A stretch of DNA of 53,646 bases from Parcubacteria bacterium C7867-004 (GTDB taxonomy: Bacteria; Patescibacteriota; Minisyncoccia; Phycocordibacterales; Phycocordibacteraceae), in NCBI GenBank assembly GCA_001189075.1, contig LFCN01000004.1:1-53646 (forward strand). The letters run 5' to 3'. The first letter of the stretch is position 1. Each line of letters begins with the position of its first letter. The notes below the pieces were generated by a model. It saw nothing but the letters and a program-made list of their open reading frames with translations, searched no databases and was not told the DNA's origin. Shown piece after piece: positions 26,219-35,082 of this stretch. The position numbers and the translations under genes were made by a program.

Positions 26219-27502
26219 TGCCAGCATGCGGCTTTCTCTCCACCCGTAGGTGGTTACGAGTATCCCTGCGAGCACGAAGCTCCATGCGCGCCCCGTAATG
26301 CGGGCGATGACCGTACCGAGAAGGCCGAAGAGGCTCGTAAGGACAATGAGTGCGAGTATCTGGAATACCGGTGACAGGACGTTGAATATATAGAGCTCAC
26401 GCTTGGCCTTATGTGCTTGCAACAGAGTAACGGCGAGCGTATTGCCGGTTGGTATGAGTGCGAGTGCGAATATCTGGGAATAGAGAACTGCCTCCTGGTA
26501 TTGCGGGAACAGGATAGAGAACGCGAACGGAGCGATAATCGCGTAGGCAATCGCGACAATCGTAAGAAGCCCCGTGAATCCCCAGAAGCGGTACCAGAAG
26601 GTCTTTTGGATCTCTCGGAACGGACGCTCGACGAACTTCGGGAAGGCGAGCGTCGAGACGCTGCCGAATACGTTTTTCACCTGCTCGGGAAGCGCAGTCG
26701 CGAGTGCGTAGACGGCGAGCTGCACGGCGCCGAGATAATGGAAGACAACGATCTTGTCGACCTGCTGGGCGATGGTCGACAGCAGGTTCATTGCGCTGAA
26801 GTGCCAACCAAGATTCTTGTACTCAGGATCGGGCTCTCGGTTAGGTCGTTCTCGAACGAGTATAAATACCGAGATGAGGAGTCCGGTGAGTACGGTCGAG
26901 GCGAGATAACTGAAGAGGAGCGTCAGCGGTTCCTTGCTTACAAACATTGTCGCAAGCAGTGCGAGCGCGGGAACGATCGAGAAGACTATCCCGCAGAATG
27001 CGACCGACCTGAATTTCTTCTTTCCGTTGAAGTACGCGCTCCATAGGTACGCCGCCTGCATCAGGGGACCAAGCATCGCGATGATGAGTAATCCGTAGCC
27101 GAGCTCAACGTTGCCCTGGATGAAGTAATAGCCGCTCGTACCGAGCGCGAGAACGGAAAGGGGAAGCGCGAAACGGATGCTGTACCCGAACGAGGAGCGG
27201 AACGCTCCTTCTTTCCCACGCGCAACCGCGCGCGAAATCGCAGAAGGGAGGCCCGTCATCGTGAACGCGGTCAGTACCCAGAACAGGGCGAGGAGGAAGC
27301 GGTAGGTGCCGTAGACCTCTTTCGGAAGGAACTGCGCGAACGCTATCGAAAGGAGGAGGGCAGCGATAGCACCCACCGCTTCATCAAGGGTGAGCCAGAA
27401 GCCTCCTCGGGTCAGGTAGCTCATATCGGTCTTGGTATAGCGCTCAAGGGGGCGCAATAGGTCCTGGAGGCGCTCTCGGAAGGGTTGGCGCTTGGGAGGC
27501 AT
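26207..27502 (-). CDS. Oligosaccharide/polysaccharide flippase (MOP superfamily, Wzx-like)
   Basis: About 12 or more hydrophobic helices with a basic N-terminus. Start moved to ATG 27502 (MPPKRQPF...). Confidence 0.75.
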   Translation of the reverse strand: MPPKRQPFRERLQDLLRPLERYTKTDMSYLTRGGFWLTLDEAVGAIAALLLSIAFAQFLPKEVYGTYRFLLALFWVLTAFTMTGLPSAISRAVARGKEGAFRSSFGYSIRFALPLSVLALGTSGYYFIQGNVELGYGLLIIAMLGPLMQAAYLWSAYFNGKKKFRSVAFCGIVFSIVPALALLATMFVSKEPLTLLFSYLASTVLTGLLISVFILVRERPNREPDPEYKNLGWHFSAMNLLSTIAQQVDKIVVFHYLGAVQLAVYALATALPEQVKNVFGSVSTLAFPKFVERPFREIQKTFWYRFWGFTGLLTIVAIAYAIIAPFAFSILFPQYQEAVLYSQIFALALIPTGNTLAVTLLQAHKAKRELYIFNVLSPVFQILALIVLTSLFGLLGTVIARITGRAWSFVLAGILVTTYGWRESRMLASAE

Positions 27503-27531
27503 AGGTAGGCGTATGGTACCATTCCGGCACG

Positions 27532-28314
27532 ATGGCTTATACCGAGGCAACTTCAAGGGCGTACGTGGAGGAGCGCTTTCCACGTGCCTCAAAGGGGGAA
27601 CGCGAAAAGATAATTCAGGATTGGCTTACGAAACCGAAGCAGTCCATTGGTATCGCGAATGACTTTGAGTCCCGCATCAAGCCGGTTGCGGGACTTCGGA
27701 TACTCGACGCAGGCTCAGGTAATGGCGGCATTGGCATTGCGTTCGCCGCGAAGGGCGCAATAGTCGAGGGTGTCGACATAGAGGAGGAGCTCGTGCAGAT
27801 TGCCAAAGACGAAGCCGCCGCGATTGGATCATCTGCGTCTTTCCGGTACTACGAAGGAACGACGCTTCCGTTTCCCGACGAATCCTTCGACGCAGCACTT
27901 TCCGTAAGCGTGATCGAGCATGTCACCGATCCGGTGCGCTATTTCTCCGAGATACTGCGTGTCACAAAGACGGGAGGCGTCCTCTACCTCGCGTTCCCGA
28001 ATCGTCTTTCGCTACAAGAGACGCATACCGGACTCTGGGGATTGACGTATCTTCCACTTCCGCTCGCGCGTATCTATGCGCGTGTCGCACGCCATAACCC
28101 TATCGAGGATAACAATCTTCATTTCTATACGTACTGGAATATGCGTCGACTGCTTGGTGCCGCTCGCGCAGGGAATCGTACCTGGAGCATCCGGGAAGAG
28201 AAAGGAAGGAGCACTAATCCGCTCATGAAAGGAGCCAAGAAGGCGCTCGCAATGTTTGGTATTCCGCATCAGGCGCTCCTGCCGCACGTGATGCTCGTGG
28301 TTGAAGCGGATTAA
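27532..28314 (+). CDS. Class I SAM-dependent methyltransferase
   Basis: LRILDAGSGNGGIGIAFA, VEGVDIEEELV, and PFPDESFDAALSVSVIEHV. Confidence 0.78.
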   Translation: MAYTEATSRAYVEERFPRASKGEREKIIQDWLTKPKQSIGIANDFESRIKPVAGLRILDAGSGNGGIGIAFAAKGAIVEGVDIEEELVQIAKDEAAAIGSSASFRYYEGTTLPFPDESFDAALSVSVIEHVTDPVRYFSEILRVTKTGGVLYLAFPNRLSLQETHTGLWGLTYLPLPLARIYARVARHNPIEDNNLHFYTYWNMRRLLGAARAGNRTWSIREEKGRSTNPLMKGAKKALAMFGIPHQALLPHVMLVVEAD

Positions 28315-29705
28315 GAGCCGGTCGCCAACAGCTTCCTCCCGTTCTTCTTGTTTTCCCAGAACAGATTGAGCGTTGCCGCAGCGCCGATGAGGATCAGCGG
28401 CTCGATCGGCATTCTATAGCGGGCATGCGCTATGGGGCCGGTAACGAGCGCAAAGTAGAGCATGATGGAGAAGAACATCCAGGCGAGACGGCGATTCTTT
28501 GAGTACCAGAGACCAAGAAGTACGAGCAGCGTAGTGAACGCCCAGAATGCGTTTTCGACCAGTGTCCATCCGTGGTTCTTAAGCACAATCAGAAGCGTGG
28601 GGAAGGAGAACGGATGAAGCGCTTTGAGCAATGAGGGTTCCGGTGCCGGGTCGAACTCCGGAAGCATGAGATAGACGAAACGATCGTAGTTGCCTGCGCC
28701 GCTCGCGGTGAAGAACGGAATGAACGTACTCAGATGAAAGAGCGTGTAGCTGAATGGGTGCTCGAGGATAACCTCCACCGCGACTTTTTTGAGGACTTCC
28801 GAGTACTTGGGATCGAGCGGTACCGGGCCGTGCGGGATGCCCGCCCTATCTTGAAGTGCATAGCGCGCCTCGATATTCGGGATACCGTTATACGCTTCAT
28901 AGAATTGCGTCGCGTTATGACGGAAGAGCTGGAACGCGCTCGTTGATGCAAACTGCAAGGAGCCGAGCACGTGGTTGTTACGTAGGCACCAGGGAGCGAG
29001 TACTGCGGCGAACGTAAGCACCATAAGCACCGCAGCAATAGCGTATTTCCGTGAGAACTCTTTCCACGGAAGAAATACCAGGAAGTAGGCCGGGATGAAG
29101 AAAGGAAGGATGTAGAGAGCAGCAGGCTTGATATAGGCGGCGGCTCCGAGGATGGCCCCGGTGAGTACCCATCGAGCGTAGATATTCTTCATCGACGAGA
29201 AGAAAAATACGTACAGTGCGCTGACGAACACAAACATGAACAGCGTTTCGTTCATGATCGTCGCTACCGAAAGGAGTGTGGTGGGAAGCACTATATAGAG
29301 AACAGTCGTTGCGAGCGCCCAGGATTCAGGAATGACGCGCTTTGCCATCCGGAAGATGAGGACCGCCGTGAGGAAGAGCAGCAGAAGCTGTGCGATGAGT
29401 ACGGGGTAGAAATCCCCGAATAGTGCATAGAATGGAGCGAGGAATGCCGGATACCCGGGCGTGCGCCACATATCGGGCGTGAGCGTTGAGGTGGTGCTCA
29501 TCGAGAATACCTGGTGATCGATCAGGTTCACCGTAAGTGTGGCGAACTCGCCCGACATCGTGCCGCTCTGTGTAGGGTACTCACGGGCCATTCTCGTGTC
29601 CGAAGTCTCCGCTACGTGCGTGAGGTACGCGATGCTTGCGCCTCCGGCGATGACGGTGATGATGAAGAGAATCGCGTACGGACGGTATCGGCGCTGCATA
29701 GGCAT
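28311..29705 (-). CDS. GT-C fold membrane glycosyltransferase (ArnT / GT39 / GT83-like)
   Basis: Polytopic membrane protein with WRTPGYPAFLAPFYALFG near the first periplasmic loop. The start is chosen at 29705, where ATG overlaps the upstream stop as TAATG (ORF track start 29738). Confidence 0.75.
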   Translation of the reverse strand: MPMQRRYRPYAILFIITVIAGGASIAYLTHVAETSDTRMAREYPTQSGTMSGEFATLTVNLIDHQVFSMSTTSTLTPDMWRTPGYPAFLAPFYALFGDFYPVLIAQLLLLFLTAVLIFRMAKRVIPESWALATTVLYIVLPTTLLSVATIMNETLFMFVFVSALYVFFFSSMKNIYARWVLTGAILGAAAYIKPAALYILPFFIPAYFLVFLPWKEFSRKYAIAAVLMVLTFAAVLAPWCLRNNHVLGSLQFASTSAFQLFRHNATQFYEAYNGIPNIEARYALQDRAGIPHGPVPLDPKYSEVLKKVAVEVILEHPFSYTLFHLSTFIPFFTASGAGNYDRFVYLMLPEFDPAPEPSLLKALHPFSFPTLLIVLKNHGWTLVENAFWAFTTLLVLLGLWYSKNRRLAWMFFSIMLYFALVTGPIAHARYRMPIEPLILIGAAATLNLFWENKKNGRKLLATGS

Positions 29706-30391
29706 TAATCGGTGAAGCGATACTTTATAACGGTCCACAGTATCTTGAACCCATCCCGCCAGTTTATCTTCTTCCCGGCTGCGTAGTCGCGCGGATAGTA
29801 GCGTATGGGGATATGCGTCACGCGGTATCCGTTCTTAAGGAGCTTGCAGACCAGCTCGTGCTCATACGCGAAGTCATGGGTACGTACTGGGGTAGCCGCG
29901 ACTGCCTCCTTTGTGAACACTTTATAGCCGCCGGTATATTCTGGAGCTTTGCCGCCGTGAAGCACGTTCGTCGCGATAGTTATGGCGGCGTTTCCAAGAA
30001 GATAGGGAATGCTCCAGAGGTATTTCCCGTTCCCGGTGGGTCGACGCACGCCGACGAGCGCATCTGCCGTACCCTCGATGAACGGCTGGAGAAGAAGGGG
30101 ATAGTCTTTTGGGTCGTACTCGAGATCCGCGTCCTGGATCAAGAGGATATCGCCTGTAGCCTCTCTGAATCCCGTACGCACCGCGGCACCCTTACCGGGT
30201 CGGGATTCTTGCAGTACCCGTACGCCGTCTATGCTGTTCGCAATGGAAAACGTCGCATCGGTCGAATTGTTATCGACCACGATGATCTCTACCTCTTGCG
30301 GCGAGAGGTCGACTGCCTGCACCTTTCGGACTATCTCGGCGAGCGTGGACTCCTCGTTGTAGGCGGGGATGACGATGGATACTTTCTTCAT
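29705..30391 (-). CDS. GT2 polyprenyl-phosphate sugar synthase (DPM1/ArnC/CsbB-like)
   Basis: [46 protein letters not shown]. Confidence 0.85.
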   Translation of the reverse strand: MKKVSIVIPAYNEESTLAEIVRKVQAVDLSPQEVEIIVVDNNSTDATFSIANSIDGVRVLQESRPGKGAAVRTGFREATGDILLIQDADLEYDPKDYPLLLQPFIEGTADALVGVRRPTGNGKYLWSIPYLLGNAAITIATNVLHGGKAPEYTGGYKVFTKEAVAATPVRTHDFAYEHELVCKLLKNGYRVTHIPIRYYPRDYAAGKKINWRDGFKILWTVIKYRFTD

Positions 30392-30407
30392 GGAATGTCA
30401 GCGAAAA

Positions 30408-30436
30408 TTGACTTTGTGTAGGATATATTCTTTAAT
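30408..30436 (+). promoter_or_regulatory. Sigma-70-like promoter: TTGACT, 17-nt spacer, TTTAAT
   Basis: TTGACT (30408-30413), 17-nt spacer, TTTAAT (30431-30436), in the divergent intergenic region. Confidence 0.5.
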
Positions 30437-30484
30437 GAATGCCGCTGTTCCCATTCAACATAGGTATGAGAAAGGAAGGACTCC

Positions 30485-31021
30485 TTGAAAGGTAGCATCA
30501 TATTTGCGCTGCACAAAAGCCCGTATCCGAAAAGGAAGGGGCCCTCGCACTGGGCTGACTGGTATCGAGGGTGCTTGAAGGCCGTCGATATCCAGCGCGT
30601 GCTCGACGCGAGCGGCGTTACGTCGGAAATGCTCGTTCTCACCGACGCGCAGTACAAGGGCGGTCTCCACGAGGTCGACTATTATACTGCCGCATTCGAT
30701 GAGCTCGGTGCGCACAACGTTCGTGTCATCCGCAAGTGCTACGAGACGGTGCGGCAGATCGAGATGGCCTTGCAGATCTCGCAGAACGAAGACAAGGACC
30801 TTATCGTCATTTCGACGTGGGTCCACTATCTCCGCGTGTGCTGGCTGCTTCGTGGATCAGGTGCCACGCACCGCATCGCCTTCGGCATCCCGAATCTCCA
30901 GTACGCTATTGCCGACGTCATCCTGACGTTTGCGTTCCCGGTGATCGACCTGGTCCCCGGTGGCCGCGAACGGTTCGTGGCGTATGCCGAGGACAAGAGG
31001 TTCAAAGGCGAGTACCAGTAA
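30485..31021 (+). CDS. Hypothetical protein, possibly DUF218/YdcF-like
   Basis: TTG start with GAAAGGAAGGA upstream. The DLIVISTWVHYLRVCWLL segment resembles the DUF218 core. Low certainty. Confidence 0.45.
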   Translation: MKGSIIFALHKSPYPKRKGPSHWADWYRGCLKAVDIQRVLDASGVTSEMLVLTDAQYKGGLHEVDYYTAAFDELGAHNVRVIRKCYETVRQIEMALQISQNEDKDLIVISTWVHYLRVCWLLRGSGATHRIAFGIPNLQYAIADVILTFAFPVIDLVPGGRERFVAYAEDKRFKGEYQ

Positions 31022-31063
31022 ACAAGGGACCTGGCGCCTTCGAGCGGCACCGGGTCTTTCTTT

Positions 31064-31720
31064 TTGTACATGAATTTTGCGTTATACTTGCCCCTAATGC
31101 AGTCCATCTTCAAGCAAGCAATCGATGCCGAGACCATTCGATCGATAAATGAGGCCGTGGATGCGGCGAGCGACGGCGAGAGCTTCGAGATGCTCATTCC
31201 GCCTAAGACGACAGCGTTTCTCGCTCCGTTCAAGACCACCCTGAACCAGCAGTGCAACGCTATCAATTGGGATGCGGATTCCTTTGTGGTCACACGCACC
31301 ACAACCGAGAAGGGGAACCGCGCGGCCCAGTGCTTCCATTTTGATAATTTCCGTAAGACGACCCTCATCGTGCTGAAGTCAGGCGACGCTGCGCTGAATG
31401 GCGATATCCTGATACGGAACGGTCTGCGGAAGTCACCGAAGTCGCTCTGGCCGACCATGGTCACTAAAATCTTCTGGACAAACCCGGTAACCTGGGCGTT
31501 TCTGCGCATACCGTTCATACGGGATCGATTCTTTACGCGCGTCCCGCTCGTTGCGGGCGACGTCATGGTGTTCGACGGCAGCACGACGTATCACGGCAAT
31601 CTACCGCTCTCTGCCGGCGTGCGCCGCAGCATCCTGATTCACGAGGATCCGCTTTTCAAGGATGCCTTTATCACGAAGCTGTTCCATCGTCTCTGTACGA
31701 TGATCTTCTATAAGACGTAG
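31064..31720 (+). CDS. Hypothetical protein, possibly a Fe(II)/2-oxoglutarate dioxygenase fold
   Basis: HFD (HxD), a later TYHGN histidine and RRS arginine occur in the order expected for the 2OG-oxygenase facial triad. The start is uncertain. Confidence 0.4.
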   Translation: MYMNFALYLPLMQSIFKQAIDAETIRSINEAVDAASDGESFEMLIPPKTTAFLAPFKTTLNQQCNAINWDADSFVVTRTTTEKGNRAAQCFHFDNFRKTTLIVLKSGDAALNGDILIRNGLRKSPKSLWPTMVTKIFWTNPVTWAFLRIPFIRDRFFTRVPLVAGDVMVFDGSTTYHGNLPLSAGVRRSILIHEDPLFKDAFITKLFHRLCTMIFYKT

Positions 31721-31735
31721 GATGCGTTTCCTGTC

Positions 31736-32443
31736 ATGATTGATTTCACCTACGAAGGCCGTGACCTCGAAGCGATGTCGTTCGCCCAGAAGTATCACGA
31801 GTGGATACTTAGCCTGTTCCGTCCCTTTCTTGGAAAACGAATAGCGGAAGTGGGAGCCGGTTCGGGAAGTTTTACTGAGCTTCTTCTGAACGAAGGCGTC
31901 GAGGAACTGGTGGCTGTCGAGCCATCGAAGGAGATGTACCCGCTTCTCGTAAGACGCATGCAGGGGGATGCTCGCGTCATGTGCCGAAATGGATTCTTTG
32001 GAGACGAGAGTGTCGCATATCCCGAGCACTTCGACTCGATCGTGTACGTCAACGTTCTTGAACACGTCGAAGACGATGCGGGAGAGCTCCGTCATGTGTA
32101 TGCGGCGCTCGCTCCCGGAGGAACGGTGTGCATCTTCGTTCCGGCTCTCTCCTGGCTCTATAGCGAATACGATGCATCGATCGGTCATCATCGCCGATAT
32201 GGAAAGAAGCAGTTATCAAAGCTCGTGCGGGATGCCGGATTCGAGGTCGCAACTCTCGGGTACTTCGATATGGTCGGCGTGCTCGCGTGGCTACTTATCG
32301 TGAAGCTCCTGAAGAAAAGCCCGAGCGCAGGTAGCGTGGGTATCTATGACAACGTAATCGTTCCGGTCGAACGCATCATCGAATCAATGGTGCGAGCGCC
32401 ACTTGGAAAGAATCTTTTTATAGTTGGACGGAAGCCTGCTTGA
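31736..32443 (+). CDS. Class I SAM-dependent methyltransferase
   Basis: IAEVGAGSGSFTELL, VAVEPSKEM, NVLEHVEDD, LAPGGTVCIFVP. Confidence 0.78.
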   Translation: MIDFTYEGRDLEAMSFAQKYHEWILSLFRPFLGKRIAEVGAGSGSFTELLLNEGVEELVAVEPSKEMYPLLVRRMQGDARVMCRNGFFGDESVAYPEHFDSIVYVNVLEHVEDDAGELRHVYAALAPGGTVCIFVPALSWLYSEYDASIGHHRRYGKKQLSKLVRDAGFEVATLGYFDMVGVLAWLLIVKLLKKSPSAGSVGIYDNVIVPVERIIESMVRAPLGKNLFIVGRKPA

Positions 32444-32831
32444 AGACCACGCCGTGGTACGCGACATAGCCGGTGACAGCGATCACGACTCCGCCCGCGA
32501 TTTGCGCGAATAGATACCAGAGGCCGAGTATGTCCACCAAGACATATACGACCACGGTGTTGACGCACAGGTTGATGAGGCCGACTAGTGCGTAGCCTGC
32601 GAATTGCACGTGCACGCCTGAAGCGACCGTATGGTCCCTGAAGGTCCAGTATTTCTGAAGCGTAAAGCCGAGAGTCATCGAGCCGAGAACTGCGAGGATC
32701 GAGGCGAGGAGGTAGTGGAAGCCGAAGAAGTGAACGAGCACGAATAGGATGAGCAGGTTACCGAGTGCAGCGGTGGTCCCGGAGAAGAGATAGCGCAGGA
32801 GTTTACGTATCTTGGGCGTGAGCATGCTCAT
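32418..32831 (-). CDS. GtrA-family membrane protein
   Basis: Four TM helices. LLRYLFSGTTAALGNLLILFVLV and QKYWTFRD are typical of the GtrA family. Confidence 0.82.
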   Translation of the reverse strand: MSMLTPKIRKLLRYLFSGTTAALGNLLILFVLVHFFGFHYLLASILAVLGSMTLGFTLQKYWTFRDHTVASGVHVQFAGYALVGLINLCVNTVVVYVLVDILGLWYLFAQIAGGVVIAVTGYVAYHGVVFKQASVQL

Positions 32832-32886
32832 CAGTCTAGCGCAGAGGCACGCTTGAAGCGATGCTGGCGGACCTGGAAGGCTGTAC

Positions 32887-32892
32887 TATACT
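32887..32892 (+). promoter_or_regulatory. -10-like hexamer TATACT, 9 nt upstream of ATG 32902
   Basis: TATACT then ACTCGCATT then ATG. No SD motif. Confidence 0.4.
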
Positions 32893-32901
32893 ACTCGCAT
32901 T

Positions 32902-35082
32902 ATGATACAGACCATTGCGCGGTGGGGGGTTATTTCGACGTTATTCCTCATAACCCTTATCCCGATGTATATGTCGGGACAGCTGTTCTTTCCTTTCATA
33001 ACGGGGAAGGCGTTCGCATTCCGTATCCTTGTCGAGATAGCGCTCGCGTCCTACCTGCTCCTCGTTTTGGTAGATCGGAAGTACCGGCCCCGCTTCTCCT
33101 GGACGCTCGTGATCTTCGGAGTGTTCACCGCCTGGGTGGCGGTCGCTGACGCATTCGGCGTCTTGCCGGTAAAAGCATTCTGGAGCAACTTTGAGCGCAT
33201 GGACGGCTGGGTGACGCTCATCCACGTCTTCGCGCTCTTCCTCATCACCGGAGCGGTCTTCTCGGTTGAGAAGCTGTGGCGGAAATGGTGGCTCGCGGTT
33301 ATCGCGGTATCGGTCATCGTCTGTCTTCATGGTGTGATGCAGATCCTACATGTGCCGGGTTTCGCCATACACCAGGGCGGTGTGCGTGCTGATGCGAATT
33401 TTGGCAACGCTATCTACCTCGCCGTCTATCTCATGTTCACGCTCTTCGTGACCGCCTGGCAGGCGATTGTGTCTCGCGGCTGGCTGCGTAATCTGCTCCT
33501 ATGTCTCATACCGATCCAACTCCTCGTGCTCGTGGCGGCTTCTTCGCGCGGCGCGCTGATCGGCCTTGTCGCAGGCGTCGTACTCTCCGCGGCGCTCTTC
33601 CTGTTCGAATCGAGGAAGCAGTGGAAAGATTCTCTGGCAGCGAAGATCGCACTCGGCGTCCTTATCGCGCTCACACTCAGTGCAGGCGCCTTCTTCCTTG
33701 CGCGTGACACGGCGTTCGTGAAGAGCGACCCGTCGCTCTCGCGCATGGCGACGGTCTTCTCGCTCGGACAGGAGCTTTCCGTTCGCTCGACCCTGTGGAG
33801 TATCGCGCTCGAGGGCGCCAAGGATCGTCCCATCGTTGGTTGGGGTCAGGAGGGATTCAGTCAGGTCTTCAATACCTACTATCACCCTTCGCTCTATGAG
33901 CAGGAATCGTGGTTCGATCGGGCGCATAACACGTATCTCGATTGGCTCGTCGCCGGCGGCGTGCCCGCGCTCGTCCTCTTCATCCTTCTGCTCGGCTTCG
34001 CGTTCGTAGCGCTCTTTCGTGCGAAGGGTATGGAGCCAGCAGAACGCATCCTCCTGATCGGCGCGCTCGGCGCGTATGCCGTGCAGGCGATCGCCATATT
34101 CGATAACCTGTGGAGCTATATCCCGCTGGCGGTGATACTCGCGATGGCGCACGCGTCCTCATCTCGGGAAATCCCTGCGCTCGCGAAGCTTCCGGAAGCC
34201 CGCTCTACAAATGCGACCGGCGCCGCTGTAGCCGCCATTGCGGTGATCGCAGTAGCGCTCATGTGGAGCGTGAACGTCCCGAACATCCGCGCGGCGAGCC
34301 ATCTCGTATACGCGATCTCTCCGATCGCGACCGATCTCAAGGTTAATTATGGTCTCTTCGAGAAGGCACTTGCTGACCATTCGTTTGGCGATCAGGAAAT
34401 CAGGGAGCAGCTCGTTCAGTACACGACCCGTGTGCTCCAGAGCAAGAAGGTTCCCGATGAGCTCAAGCTTTCGTTCGTAGCGCTCGCGAATAAGGAGATG
34501 GAAGCGCAGATTGCGCAGTCTCCGAATGATGCGCGCCTGCGCGTTCTTGCCGCCACAATGTTCGACGCGACCGGTGAATTCGACCGTGCGCTCGAGCAGA
34601 TAGATGCCGCAATACTGCTCTCCCCGAAGAAGCAGACGCTTCACCTCAAGCGCGCGTACGAGCTCTGGAGCCTTAATCGCGACGACGAGGCTCTCGAAGC
34701 CGCGAAATACGCACGCGATCTCGATCCGTCATTCCCGTCGATAGCGGTGTCCGCGGCCTACGGTATGATCCTCAATGGCGATCTCGCAGAAGGGAAGGCG
34801 CTCCTCACCGAAGCGGTTGGAACGACGACGCTCGACGATGATCAGCTCTTCTACGCGTACTACCAGGCAAAGGCGTACCCTGATCTGATACTCGTCGCTG
34901 CAGAGCGCGTCACGGTTACCAAGGGAGATCCGGAAGCGCGCTATCGCCTCGCGCAAGCATATGCAGCTGCAGGTCAGTTCGAGAACGCCAGGCGCGAGAT
35001 CGTCTTCACAATCGCGGAGCACCCCGAGGCGAAAGCCGCCGGCGAAGCGCTCATGAAGGAGATCTTCGTCCCTGCCCGATGA
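32902..35082 (+). CDS. O-antigen-ligase/polymerase-like (Wzy_C) polytopic membrane protein with a C-terminal TPR domain
   Basis: About 12 TM helices. SSRGALIGLVAGVVL and DRAHNTYLDWLVAGGVP are Wzy_C-type motifs. The C-terminal ~270 aa are helical repeats (TPR-like). Confidence 0.8.
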   Translation: MIQTIARWGVISTLFLITLIPMYMSGQLFFPFITGKAFAFRILVEIALASYLLLVLVDRKYRPRFSWTLVIFGVFTAWVAVADAFGVLPVKAFWSNFERMDGWVTLIHVFALFLITGAVFSVEKLWRKWWLAVIAVSVIVCLHGVMQILHVPGFAIHQGGVRADANFGNAIYLAVYLMFTLFVTAWQAIVSRGWLRNLLLCLIPIQLLVLVAASSRGALIGLVAGVVLSAALFLFESRKQWKDSLAAKIALGVLIALTLSAGAFFLARDTAFVKSDPSLSRMATVFSLGQELSVRSTLWSIALEGAKDRPIVGWGQEGFSQVFNTYYHPSLYEQESWFDRAHNTYLDWLVAGGVPALVLFILLLGFAFVALFRAKGMEPAERILLIGALGAYAVQAIAIFDNLWSYIPLAVILAMAHASSSREIPALAKLPEARSTNATGAAVAAIAVIAVALMWSVNVPNIRAASHLVYAISPIATDLKVNYGLFEKALADHSFGDQEIREQLVQYTTRVLQSKKVPDELKLSFVALANKEMEAQIAQSPNDARLRVLAATMFDATGEFDRALEQIDAAILLSPKKQTLHLKRAYELWSLNRDDEALEAAKYARDLDPSFPSIAVSAAYGMILNGDLAEGKALLTEAVGTTTLDDDQLFYAYYQAKAYPDLILVAAERVTVTKGDPEARYRLAQAYAAAGQFENARREIVFTIAEHPEAKAAGEALMKEIFVPAR

